A stretch of 63,977 bases of DNA, counting the filler, from Aduncisulcus paluster (taxonomy: Eukaryota), in assembly GCA_024181965.1 (NCBI GenBank). It is 7 parts of 7 records of this genome, joined end to end, with 100 filler letters (N's around TTAATTAATTAA, not from the genome) between each part and the next. Parts side by side here need not be neighbours in the genome. Positions count along the whole stretch, not along the records: positions 1 to 21,374 come from BQXS01009702.1; positions 21,475 to 31,438 come from BQXS01009704.1; 5 more parts are not named here. One strand, 5' to 3'. The notes below the pieces were generated by a model that saw nothing but the letters and a program-made list of their open reading frames with translations, ran no database searches and was not told where the DNA came from. Shown here one piece after another: positions 10,501-22,347 of the stretch. Each line of letters opens with the position of its first letter. Positions within the stretch are counted from its first letter, which is position 1. Made by a program: the position numbers and the translations under genes.

Positions 10501-12590
10501 CAAGTTGACAAGAATACTGAATACTTGACATAATGGTGACTTGAGAGCACTTCCTGAGGGCTGAGAGGATGGGAATACCAGCGGAAGGAGATAATTTGAG
10601 GCAAGAAACCCACATAATCCATCACATACCTCACAAAACGTCATCACCAAGGAACACAATGGCTTGATCTTCTCTCTTTTAATCAGTGCAAGAAGAATAG
10701 GAAGTAAAATGGAGGAAGATTTAACTATGGAACCCATTGAAAGCAATCCCTTCTTTAGATCTGACGTGTTCTCAATCTCTCCTTTCTGTCTCTTATTTGT
10801 GATCAAGGATTCAATGTTCTTTACCAACATTCGACCATTGTCTTCAACATGGACATACAATACAGGCGTGTGCACAGATGAGGGATCAGAAGACTGGAAT
10901 TTCATCTGTAGGATAGCAACAATCCAAGGAATGTAAGTGATGTGTGAGGAAAGAAACTCTGAGAAAGTTNNNNNNNNNNNNNNNNNNNNTAGATCTGACG
11001 TGTTCTCAATCTCTCCTTTCTGTCTCTTATTTGTGATCAAGGATTCAATGTTCTTTACCAACATTCGACCATTGTCTTCAACATGGACATACAATACAGG
11101 CGTGTGCACAGATGAGGGATCAGAAGACTGGAATTTCATCTGTAGGATAGCAACAATCCAAGGAATGTAAGTGATGTGTGAGGAAAGAAACTCTGAGAAA
11201 GTTCGTATCCAATCCATGATCACAACTTTCTTGATGGAGCTTGATGAATGAATCCTGACAAGACTAAACTTATGAAGGGCTTCAAACACGTGTGTCTTCA
11301 CAGCACTCATAACGAGGGCTGTCCTGTCTATGCTTTTCTCTATCTGTTGTCGGCTGGAGACATCAAGACATGTGCTTTCTCCTTGAATAATATGGATTGT
11401 TGAGAATAAATCAGAGAAACATACAAGAGAATTGATGATGATTTGAAGCCATTTGGGAGAGAAAAGAAGGGATATTCGAGAATTAACGAAGAAGTACGAT
11501 TCATCATCATCTTCTTTCAGTTCCTTTGACTTATCTTGACTTTCTTGGTCTGAGGAAGAATCTTTTGAGGAATCCTTTTCTTTAATGCTATAACATTTGA
11601 TAATAATGGAAAGACAATACTGAATGGTTTTTAAAGTTTTTGAATCAAATAAAAATGAATGTGTTGAAGAATCACTCACAGAATCCTTGGATGAGGGCAT
11701 GGAATGTGATAGAGAAGAAACAAAATTTTGAAGATAGTCAGAGGATGAGATTGTCTGTTTTGATAGTTCAGAATAACACCCACTTGCAATGGAATCACAA
11801 TTGGATGATTTCTTGAACATGGAGACAATTCTATTGTATTCGTACATATATTTTTCTATGCTATTTATGCTTAATGCGACGAAATATACAATAAAATACT
11901 CCTCAAATATCACTTTTCGACGAGAGTTACATTCGCTGTTTGAGGGATCAAAGGCTTTCATCATCGATACACTCCCTAGCTCTGCGATTAAACTCCATTT
12001 ATGCTGAAGAATAGGCATGGAAGGAGGAGATTCGAGTAAATTTCCGACTATTTTGTCCGTTATTTCACCTGAAGCATGGTCAAGAGGTGTCAATATTGAA
12101 TTACGGACAGATAAAATTGCAGATTCAGGTAAAAAGCATAGTATTGAATATAATAGACGGGCTTGAGTGCATGATATTTGGTTAGATATAAAAACAGGGA
12201 GAGAAGGAGTCCGAGACCAAGATAATAGAATGTTATACAGAGTGAACATAGAATCACAAATAGATTGAGTATTAGAACTTGGAGAACGAGGAGGGTCAAG
12301 GTCCATGACATGCTGCAAGGAAGGTATTGTTAGATTCACCATGGCAGACATAAAACGAAAACACGCTTCAACTGGATACTTCGTCGGAAGACCTATGTCA
12401 AAAATTAAGAAAATAAAAAATGGTGTTAAAATTTAAAAATTGATATGAATAAAAATGATTTTACGCAAAAAATACACATACGAAGACATTCAATTGCACA
12501 CTTCAGCGCATCATGGTTGCAAAGATGACTATAATCATCAGAATAATCTGATTTCAAACATATTTTTACAAAATTATCAATTGTTAACAT
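7582..12590 (-). CDS. XPO4: Exportin-4-like karyopherin (HEAT repeats); exon 1 12590-12482, exon 2 12392-7582; contains a gap with an artefactual duplication
   Basis: Motifs FESYITSRL, EDEENLKIELESVAMLG, EVMTWLIDVAHTIL and LSPLLLQTTVRFL..Y.CTY are colinear with exportin-4 motifs recalled as DQLASVGMLGR, EDIHWLILVTG and LSPQMG.DIVWFL.RW..TY. Splicing joins an upstream ATG exon in frame. Confidence 0.65.
12393..12481 (-). other. Spliceosomal intron (89 nt, GTATGT...ATAG)
   Basis: AT-rich; removal joins the 36-codon+1-nt exon in frame (..ECL-R-LPTKYP..) with the 7582-12351 ORF. Confidence 0.8.
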
Positions 12591-12925
12591 TTTGAAAAAC
12601 TATATTCCACCCAAAACTTGATTTTAAAATTTTCATGATTAATACAAATTTTTGAACATGCATAAATGGACATATTCATCATTTTATTTGTTGAATATGT
12701 GAAATTTATTCCATTATGTACTCAAAAATCAATATACCACCGAAAAGAATCAACTTGAGTTTTCTGGCAGTATACAGAAAAGCATGAAACTACCGAAAGA
12801 CAATAAAATATGTATTCTATGCTATCTACTCAAATTATCCTCCAAAATAACCATAATAAGTATTCTGATAGCGGGAGACTTTTCGATGGGGGTGAGCATT
12901 TTGTACAACATCATATTCTATATTT

Positions 12926-15900
12926 ATGGCTGAACCCGATCTTTTTAAGCGGATCGATACGTTATTAAACGAAGTCATCCGTTCTAAGGTGGATCAAGCC
13001 CATGCTACAGCCGAAGTGGAAAAGGTATGTCTATTTCTTCGATCAACATGTTTTTTGTAAATTTAACATTGAAAATTTAAATTTATTATTAATTTATTTG
13101 TAATATCGCCATTAATTTTATTTTTATAATTTAATAGCTATCCTCAACAGAAAATGATGTATTTACTCCACTACTTCAACATATGATAAAAAGTGTACAT
13201 TCTCATAAATTGAAGAATCATAGATATATACGATTTATGCGTACAATCATTCCTGAACTTTTGAAATCCCCAGATATATATTTTGGTTACTATTTTGTCA
13301 ATGTGAAAGAGATATTTGAAGAATTTCACAAAAAAAATATCTTAAAACCAGAGTTTTTCTCAAATTTTATTCATCTACTCCGAGACTCTGAGACCATTGC
13401 CATTTATGTGGCTCTTTCTCATTCTAAGGTGCCAATTCTACGTAGTGAGACGAATTCCACTCTTTTGAAGATATTGAAGAAAAGTTTACAGGAGCATACA
13501 TCTTTTGGTAAACTTTCAGCGACTGCTAAGGCTTGTATCAGACTTCATCTCGAAAGAATGATCAAGCTACATGCTGATTCCATGATTAGTCATGTATACA
13601 TCGATTTAAGTCGGCAATTCATTCGTAGAAATTCCTTTTTTGAACATCACAAAGGTCGCGATATCCATCCAAGTCGATATGTCGGATTGAATAGTGTTCT
13701 TGATGTGGTTGACTCCCCCATGCACAAACCGACTGCCATTCCGATCTCTAACTCTCTATCTACCAAGTGGAATCTATATGGGGCATATAACCTTGGAATG
13801 TCGCTTAAGAGAGCCATCAAGAACCACGTCAGACTCAAGACTCGTGAGGAAGGAATGATGATGCCAGACTCGATGATGGGATATGGATCTGAGGTCGATG
13901 GTGGCTCTACTACCATCCCATGTTGTCCAAATCTCTGTGTGATTGAATGTGTGACTCATGAATTATCCCTTGATGTTGATCCCAAGATCCCCATTGCTTA
14001 TGCCATTGAAAACCAGATCAAAAGCTCCCGTAGTGACCCAGATAAACATGCTTTTGGTCTCCTTCTCCCTCCTCGGTCTGTGAATAATCCGTATCCTCTC
14101 CAGACCCCCACTGGAAAGCTCACTTTGTACAATGCCCTTGAAAGCGATGAAATTGATCCATCTGGCACGCCCTCTGCCTCAGTTCCTGGCGGTACTTCTT
14201 CCCAAGCTGGCTCCTCTATTCGTCCGAGAACAACCAGCCAAGGTATCAAGCCTCTGAAAAAGGTAGAATACCATCCAGATATCTCCGGGGTTTCTGAGGA
14301 ATCTCTTGACGGCCATAAGAATCACTCCCATCTTCTACCTCCTCTTTTCGACCTCCAGATTGAGGAATTGGATACGACTCGCCAAATGTCTAAATATATC
14401 ACTCACACCGACAAATACTTACCGGAATGGGAAATCGATGCCCATGCCTTTGATATTGTGAAGAATCAGGAGCAAGATGAAGCTTCCCCTGCTGGAACTG
14501 ATCCTGAGAAAACTTCTAATGACGGTTTACTTTCTTTGGAAGAAGTCATTGCTCGGTGTGAAAAACGTGCCAAAGATCACGAAGAAGAGGAAACTAAGGC
14601 TAAAGAGCTTGCAGCGAGAAGGAAGAAGGCGATTGGGATTGCTCGTTTCGCGCTCTCATTCAAATCGACGCAGGCTGATCGTGATCGTAAGAAGAAAGAG
14701 GAGGAAGAAGCCAAGAAAAAAGAAGAGCAACGCCTTGAAAAAGAGAAAGACACGCAGTTTCATGAGGAAGATGATTTGGATCCAAGGCGTCTTGAGCAGG
14801 AGAAGCATGCTTTAGGTCATGGCCAGTCATTCTTCACTGAGGCTGTGCATGATGATGGATCCGGTGCACCCAAGAGCTCTGAAGGATTTTCGAACTCTCA
14901 ACAACTTTATAATGCGTTGAGTTCTGTATTATGGCCTCTGAGATATTCGGATCAATGGGAACGGTTGCGAATCGTAGGTAAACGGAAGCGAGAGAAGCGA
15001 GAGAAAGAAGAAAGAGAGAAGAGAGAGAAAGAGGAGAAGGAGAAAGAAGGAGTATCAAGCGATGATGTGTTTGAAGACATTATAGATGTGATTCATTCCC
15101 CAATAACTAATCCCATTAATCCTAATCGAATGGACAAACGTGGTCTCCCTGCCCTTCCAAGTGGAGCAAAGAAAGGTGCTTTAGATGTACAAAAACAAGG
15201 AAAGAAGAGGGTTGAAGAAGCCAACAAACGTCGCAAGGAACAGAGGATCAAACAGATGTCCCGTCAAACTTTGATCTCATATTCCCGTGAGAAGGAACTT
15301 AAGCGTCTTGAAATGGCTCTTAGGCACTGGGATGGCCTTCGCATTGGGACAGAGCCTTTGCGGGATGGTGATGAAGTTGTCGGAGAAGAATATGATTATT
15401 TGAGTACGACCATACACGATGAAGTCGACGAGATGGATGAAGAAGAGGAGAATGAGGAGATGGAAGATGTTGAGGATGAGGATGAGGTTGACGAGACAAT
15501 CCAGCGCGATAGACACGGACTTGAAGGACTCGATGAGATAGAGCTCCTAATGCTTGAAATGGAGAAAGAGAAGAATGGTTATAGGAGTGACGATGAACGT
15601 GTGGCCAGGTGCAAGGAAGAAATGGTTAAGGTTGAGAGATATAAAAGGCAGAAGGATAAGGACAAGAGTGCTTCCACATTGATATCTCTTCCACCGAGTA
15701 CCTTGCTGCCTCCTCTCCTGTCCCTTGTCCTTCCATCAATGCGTGCTGCACGTGTGGCCGCATGTGTGTGTCGTGTTCCCTCCTCTGTAGGGTTTGATAA
15801 CTCTCTGCAACTTCTAGAGATGGAAGAAGTGAGGATGAGGATGAGGTTGACGAGACAATCCAGCGCGATAGACACGGACTTGAAGGACTCGATGAGATAG

Positions 15901-16199
15901 AGCTCCTAATGCTTGAAATGGAGAAAGAGAAGAATGGTTATAGGAGTGACGATGAACGTGTGGCCAGGTGCAAGGAAGAAATGGTTAAGGTTGAGAGATA
16001 TAAAAGGCAGAAGGATAAGGACAAGAGTGCTTCCACATTGATATCTCTTCCACCGAGTACCTTGCTGCCTCCTCTCCTGTCCCTTGTCCTTCCATCAATG
16101 CGTGCTGCACGTGTGGCCGCATGTGTGTGTCGTGTTCCCTCCTCTGTAGGGTTTGATAACTCTCTGCAACTTCTAGAAGATATCCTTCCTGAGCAAGAT
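12926..16199 (+). CDS. Large hypothetical protein with acidic/charged regions; exon 1 12926-13024, exon 2 from 13138; 3' end disturbed by a ~360-bp duplication and a gap
   Basis: Exon MAEPDLFKRIDTLL...EVEK splices in phase 0 to ORF 13183-15900. ORF 15909-16226 repeats its last ~90 aa and continues to the gap. Confidence 0.75.
13025..13137 (+). other. Spliceosomal intron (113 nt, GTATGT...ATAG)
   Basis: AAG|GTATGT donor, AT-rich body, TAG|CTA acceptor; phase-0 in-frame join. Confidence 0.8.
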
Positions 16200-16219
16200 N
16201 NNNNNNNNNNNNNNNNNNN

Positions 16220-17439
16220 AACTTGAAACAGAAGAACACTTTGAAACCGTTTTCCAGACTGTTTCTGCCCTTAAATTGGACGGTTTGATCATTATTGGTG
16301 GAGATGATTCCAACACCACTGCTGCTCTTATTGCTGAGAAATTGAAACAAAAAGGAAGCACCTGTGTTTGTATTGGATGTCCCAAGACCATTGACGGTGA
16401 TCTTAAGGTTGATCTTCCCGAAGAAGGTGTTGCTGTTGAGACATCATTTGGATTTGACTCTGCTACCAAGGTGTATGCCTCTTTAGTTGGTAACCTTATG
16501 GCTGATGCTCGTTCTGGTAGGAAGTACTACCACTTCGTTCGTCTCATGGGCCGTTCTGCTTCTCACATCACTCTCGAGGTTGCCCTCCAGACAAGGCCTA
16601 CTGTTTCTTTGATCTCAGAAGAGATCCTTGCCAAGAAGAGTAAGATTTCTGAAATAGTTTCCCATATTGCTGATGTTATTCAGGCCAGAGCTGCCGTGAA
16701 GAAATTTTATGGTGTTGTCATTTTGCCCGAAGGTTTGGTTGAATTCATCCCTGATTTCAAAGTATTGATTGATTATTTGAATGACATTCTTGCTGCTTTC
16801 AAGGAGGAACACAAACGTGAGCCCACCAAGGAAGAGGTTGTTGACATCCTGAAGTCCAAGGATGCTTCTTCCACCGATGTCTTCCTCTCCCTCCCTGCTC
16901 AATTCCAAGAACAACTTCTTGGCGAACGTGATTCTCACGGTAATGTTCCTGTTTCTGCCATTGAAACTGAGCGTCTTCTCGCCTCTATGGTCAAGGCTGA
17001 GCTCGCCAAGCGTGGATTCACTAAATTCTCCCCTCAGACTCATTTCTTTGGTTATGAAGGACGTTGTGTTGAGCCTTCTAACTTTGACGCCACTTATTGT
17101 TACTCTTTGGGTCTTAATGCAGCCATCCTTGTCACTGCCGGTTTCAGCGGTTACATGAGCGTTATCACCAAGCTCTACAAGCCTGTCAAGGAGTGGGAAC
17201 CATGTGGAATTCCAATTGTGGCCATGTTTAATATGGAGAAGAGACAAGGAAAACTTAAGCCAGTTGTGCAAAAGGCTTTGGTTGAACTCGATGGGAAACC
17301 ATTCCGTGCTTTCTCTGCTATCCGTGCTCGTTCTGAAATGGAGGATTTGTTCAGAAACCCTGGACCAATCCAAATGTTCGGCCCCACTGAACTTTGTGAC
17401 AGACCCACTATGACTCTTCTCGAAGAGAGGAAGAAATAA
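16220..17439 (+). CDS. pfp: Pyrophosphate-dependent phosphofructokinase (long-clade PPi-PFK), 5' part lost in gap
   Basis: GGDDSNT (Asp diagnostic of PPi use), PKTIDGD, SFGFDSA, RLMGRSASH and GYEGRC motifs. Frame is open from the gap (LETEEHFETVF...). Confidence 0.95.
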
Positions 17440-17754
17440 TGGGATGGAATCGGTTAGTCTTTGAAGTATCAATGGGCTTTTAGTTCACTCTGTTGCTCAT
17501 CTAAGTAAAGCTTTGCTTCGAGTAATATTGAGTCAATTATTGACTGTCACTGACATAATCATAATAAAACCATAAAAAATAACATAAAACCCCAGTTAAT
17601 ACTGATGTTTATGATCTAATTCATCCGTGAACGGTTCACGGTGAACCATCACTCATCCTTGACTATTATTCAAAAACAAATATTATTTTTGTATTTTAAA
17701 ATAAATTACACTTTTAATTTGCCGTATGACTTTGATATTTTTGCCACTCTGATA

Positions 17755-18438
17755 ATGAACCCGATGATTTGTGTTGTTTTGACAACTATGAGAAGTGTTA
17801 TTACAAAACAAAGGGCCGAAGTTATTGAAATGCGCTCTTTAAATGGAAAAATTCCAGAGCTCGGTCTGAAATCACTTTACATTGATATAGGAAAGAAGTT
17901 CACTCAGTATGGCGACAAACCTGGTGTTAAGGATTCTGATACGGAACTTTTATCTCTAAAAAAGCGTCGAGAAGAACATTCTAGGCTGGAAAAATCATTT
18001 ATTGCAAGTCATCAAGACTGGAAAAAACAAAGTCTGATATGTGCCAAGAAATGTGGTGAAATCTCAAAGAATGACGGCCAAAGCCTTGCTACACGCCTAA
18101 TGCTTGGCCATAAACCCATGTATACACATTTAAAGACAATTAAACCGAAAGAGGAGTATGACGATGATAGTTTCACCGAATCCTTCTCCGATTTCTCCGA
18201 GTCAAATGATATAAAACGTTCCACATTAGGAAATGCTACACATAATGCCATGCGATTCCGTACAGTTGATTCTATGTTGGCCTCTGTAAAAACTTCCAAA
18301 AAACCTCAGAAGAAAACTCGCCGTGAAAAGGTAAAATTGCCACTCTTGAAGAAAAAGTCGCGTGTGCCAGTGATTCGCTCACGTCATAAGAAGAGTTTGG
18401 TGACGTTACCCGTTCTTCCGGGGACTGTCAGGAAGTGA
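17755..18438 (+). CDS. Hypothetical basic protein (~227 aa)
   Basis: Long ORF with first ATG at 17755; K/R-rich C-terminus; no recognised domain. Confidence 0.6.
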   Translation: MNPMICVVLTTMRSVITKQRAEVIEMRSLNGKIPELGLKSLYIDIGKKFTQYGDKPGVKDSDTELLSLKKRREEHSRLEKSFIASHQDWKKQSLICAKKCGEISKNDGQSLATRLMLGHKPMYTHLKTIKPKEEYDDDSFTESFSDFSESNDIKRSTLGNATHNAMRFRTVDSMLASVKTSKKPQKKTRREKVKLPLLKKKSRVPVIRSRHKKSLVTLPVLPGTVRK

Positions 18439-19706
18439 ATAATTGATAAGAAATTTTTTTTATATATTGTATTTTTACTTGCTTATCTGAAGGTCTGTTC
18501 CAAAAGAATGGGTAAAATTATGCTCTTAATCACCCTTTGTTGAGCAAGGAGATACAACTTTGTAATATAGCTCGTGATAAGAATCCTTCATCATTCTGCT
18601 TGGCATCATTACCACATCCACGAGGGTTCATTGATGCTATGGTGCAAAGAGCAGCTAGACTGATGCATGAACCACTCGACAATGTTCAGGCCTGCCTCTT
18701 TCATTCTCTTCTCGAGAAAGAAGCCGAGAAAATCCAAGAACGTTATTCCTCATTAGCTTCCATTTTATCCCTGGTAAATTCTTTCATTCTTATTGGGTGT
18801 AAGAGTGAAGGAGGATCCATTGTTCTTGGGGAAGGTGGGGATTTGATGAAAGATGTTAATTAATTATTTTTCATGAGAAAGGATACAAAGGCTAAGATTT
18901 CTGGATATCCATTACCTGTTTACATATCAAGAGAGCGAGGGAATTTCAGTCGGTGAAATATTTAGTCCTGTTCGTCCAATGGGAAAAGAAGAAGTGTGTG
19001 AGGATTTGGATGTTTCAGATTCTTCACATGTAGTATGGAAAATTAGTGGAATTTCAGACTTGAACTTTTTTATTTCTCTCCAATCATAATCAAATATTTT
19101 TTTATTTTTATTTATTTATTTCAAAAATGTTAATGTTATATCGACTTGTAATATAATCATTAAATAAATTTTCTTAAATAAATATTCACAAATCTCCATT
19201 TTTTTTCGATTTGCAATGATTCCAGAAGAAGACAAGATCTAAATAGACCAAATCAAAAGCTTGAATGCCACTATAAGAAGTTTAAAAGATGAATTGCTTG
19301 AACTTCGTAAAGTTAAAGAAGATACAGAACTTATCCATGATCATGAGAAAGATACGATACAAAATGAATTAACAAAGATAATTTCCAAAAATAGACGAAT
19401 TAGAAGATAGAATATTTAGTGTTACACGTTTTGAAAGAGCTATAGCCTCATTATATCTTGAACTATCTGATAGAGTCAATCAACAGCAGCACGTTCTCTC
19501 CAAAATGAGAGAAAAGGCATCTAAAGATAAAAAACCGTTTTTCGACAGCCGATTCCCAATCACATCCGTTATTTGGCCTTTTTGAGACAGGTCTTGTTTC
19601 TCAACTCAGAACGTCTAAAATGTCCTTTTAATGATTAAAATAATTCTATGGAAATTTTATTGAATAATAATCTTTTAATATATATAAATCTATAAACTAA
19701 TTCAAT

Positions 19707-21374
19707 CTATCTACCGGCTTCAACAGCACGAATTCTTTTTCGCATTGATGACACTTCCTTCTGAAGTTTACCATGAATTTGTGTCAAATGTTCAACCATT
19801 TTTGATCCATTGATTGCCTCGAGAAGCTGTCCAGGAAGCATGGGTACTTTTTCAAGTCCAAATTGTTTGACATCAATATCGAACATGTCATTATCTGTTC
19901 TTTCAGATTCTTTCTTCCTCGCTTCTTCTTCATCTTTCAAAGCCATAATCTTCTTTTTGATTAAATCCTGACGTTGTCTCAACTGAGATTGAAGCGTTTT
20001 CTTTTGTTTCATTTCTCTGACGTATTCAAACACCTTCTTTCTCTTGGCCATCATGGCTTTGATCATATCTTCTTGAGATTTCTCTTCGCTTACAAGTAAA
20101 TGCTCAAGACGAGCACGTGCAGCTTGATGGGATTGAAGTACAGCCGCACGTTGTTGAGCTCCAACGTTAGTTAGACCTTGAGCCTCATCAGCTTGCTGTT
20201 TCTCTTGTTCAGAAATAAACTGTGCTTGACGTTCAAGGAAGGCGGCTCTACTCTCTTTCACCCTCTTCTTTTCAAGTTGCTCACGTTTTTCAAGCTTTTT
20301 CAAGAAAAATTCTTTATCTTTCTCCAACTTCCTTCGTTGTTCTTCCTCATATTTCTCTGCATTTTCTTTCATTTTGTCAAGTTCTTTCGCAACATTGGTA
20401 GATAATTGTCCTTTCATTTGTTCCAATTCTTCTTGAGCCCTCTCAACCTCTTCGTCAACTTCGGGTAATAATTTAGGGAATAAATCTCTCATTATCTCAA
20501 CAAACTCAGCCATTTGGGTATGGCGAAGAGCGATTCTCTCTTTGAAAAACTTATTATCTCTCTCTTTATCACGCTGTTTCTTGGCTTGTGCATCGGAATT
20601 GTCTATTTCACTTCTTCTCTTTCTTTCTTGCTCTTCAAACGCATTCTCTTCCTCTTTATGGCGTTCTTGCATACGATCACGCTGTTCTACGAGGATATGT
20701 GGATCTTTCTGATGCCTTTTAATTAAATCATTCACTTCCGCAGAATGTTTTGATAAAAGTTCATCCTTTCGCTTATAGTAATCGCCCAATGCATCTTCTT
20801 TCTCTTTCTCCATATCAGATTCTCTTTCTTTACGCTGTTTTTGCAATAGATCTTCCATTTCTTTTGCATGACGACGTTGTACAGCTAATTCAACAATCTC
20901 GGGAACAGTGGACTCTCCTATATTAGAAACTGCAGCAACGATAGCTCTCTTCTCTTTCTCTTTCTCGGCTTTCTTTTTCAACTGTTGGAGCTCTTGTTCT
21001 TTCGTTATTTCAAGTCTATCTCGCTCTTCTTTTTGCTTTTGAGCCTGTCGGATCTGGGCTGCAATTTGTCTGGCTTCACGTTTGCGTTTCAATAATAAAA
21101 CCTGTCTATCGGTCTCCCCAGTGTAAAAATCAGCCAAGCTTTCGGATTTCTTTTTATATTCGGCCAATAGTCGTGCTTTTTCTTCCTTTGACTTTGTAGC
21201 CTTTAATTGGGCCTTTCTTTCTTCTTCCAATTGAGATATAGCGTCCATATGATCAGATTTCATCTTCTCCTCAAGTTCACGTTCTTCTTCTTTCTCTTCT
21301 CCTTCTTGAGATTTCTTTAGAATTTCAATTTCTTTCTCGTGTTTTTTCTCTAAATTGTCTTCAATTTCTGTGAA
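19707..21374 (-). CDS. Coiled-coil protein, 5' truncated at contig end
   Basis: The 518-aa ORF stays open upstream to the linker (FTEIEDNLEKKH...); E/K/R/Q-rich heptads. Confidence 0.85.
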   Translation of the reverse strand, partial: FTEIEDNLEKKHEKEIEILKKSQEGEEKEEERELEEKMKSDHMDAISQLEEERKAQLKATKSKEEKARLLAEYKKKSESLADFYTGETDRQVLLLKRKREARQIAAQIRQAQKQKEERDRLEITKEQELQQLKKKAEKEKEKRAIVAAVSNIGESTVPEIVELAVQRRHAKEMEDLLQKQRKERESDMEKEKEDALGDYYKRKDELLSKHSAEVNDLIKRHQKDPHILVEQRDRMQERHKEEENAFEEQERKRRSEIDNSDAQAKKQRDKERDNKFFKERIALRHTQMAEFVEIMRDLFPKLLPEVDEEVERAQEELEQMKGQLSTNVAKELDKMKENAEKYEEEQRRKLEKDKEFFLKKLEKREQLEKKRVKESRAAFLERQAQFISEQEKQQADEAQGLTNVGAQQRAAVLQSHQAARARLEHLLVSEEKSQEDMIKAMMAKRKKVFEYVREMKQKKTLQSQLRQRQDLIKKKIMALKDEEEARKKESERTDNDMFDIDVKQFGLEKVPMLPGQLLEAINGSKMVEHLTQIHGKLQKEVSSMRKRIRAVEAGR

Positions 21375-21474
21375 NNNNNNNNNNNNNNNNNNNNNNNNNN
21401 NNNNNNNNNNNNNNNNNNTTAATTAATTAANNNNNNNNNNNNNNNNNNNNNNNNNNNNNNNNNNNNNNNNNNNN
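21375..21474. other. Artificial contig-joining linker (N44-TTAATTAATTAA-N44)
   Basis: Six-frame stop 12-mer embedded in Ns; identical linker occurs six times. Confidence 0.98.
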
Positions 21475-22347
21475 TCAATAATACAAACTTGGGGTTTTGG
21501 AACAGTTGACTTGGACGCAACAGAAGTAAAATTCGCCAAACCTTTAAGACGATGTTTGAGAAGAAGATCCAAAGGACTCTCACGATACTGGAGAAAAATG
21601 ACGATTCCAAAGGCTGAGGCGATATTATGGCTACTTAGGTTATACGAATTAAGGTCTTGTTTTGTTTGAGTTTAGGTATAATTAGTTTTAAATATGTCAA
21701 GATGGATATGAGAGTACCATAAAGTTAAATACAAATGGGGTGAAACATATCAAGGCAATGTGTAAAATAAATACTCATGACACGACAATAAAAATCACTA
21801 TTCTAAATAACTCAGAGGACATACTTGGGATATAAACGGTTGGAACAATGATGTTGAAGAGATTCGACTGGAGAGAAACCGCCTTTTCATAGATAACGTC
21901 CCTACGGGTGGTTTCAAATTGTGTTGTCCAAGAAAGAGTGGGATATCCACATAGTTTGACAAAAAAATTGATACCACGGGAATTCACCGTGTCTATTATC
22001 AATATCTTTGTCCGTTTTGGCATGAAAATGTTGTCAAAAGAGCCTTTAAATGGTCCAAACAGGGTTCCATGGTAATAATAACGTTTATCATCTGAAATTT
22101 TCAAGGAAACCCGTGACAATATTATATTAAATAAATAATATCCGTATAGATTCAATGAAAGTGCGATGACAAGCGAGGTACGAAAAGCAAAATCACTCTG
22201 AAGGTGATATAGAAGGGTAGCGCAGGGAGAAATCAAGAAAAAATTTATTTGAGTAAAATGGCATAATGAATCAACTGGAGAAGCCTTCTCTGAAGACGAG
22301 AAATGGAGATCTAAAAAATATTTAATTTTCGATCAGCAATTTTATAA

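Noticed and set aside
10756-11203. 214-bp direct repeat in the exportin-like gene
   Set aside because: Identical copies directly flank a 20-N gap; unmerged scaffold overlap.
15470-16180. ~360-bp tandem duplication creating a frameshift and a second ORF
   Set aside because: Identical copy next to a gap, starting in GAG/GAT low-complexity sequence; most likely mis-assembly.
16615-17472. Long antisense and alternate-frame ORFs (here and within 1168-6369, 22348-25985, 33719-40867, 51022-51759)
   Set aside because: Shadow ORFs expected from codon bias and low complexity on the coding strand; no independent motifs.
21375-21474. Recurring TTAATTAATTAA palindrome in N runs (six copies) as a biological repeat
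   Set aside because: Standard artificial six-frame-stop linker. Gene neighbourhoods across linkers are meaningless, and ORFs ending in it are artefacts.
21775-22236. 153-aa minus-strand ORF, and a plus-strand TWDING stretch recalling an APE endonuclease start
   Set aside because: TTG start and no recognisable domain; the plus frame has stops and no further APE motifs.
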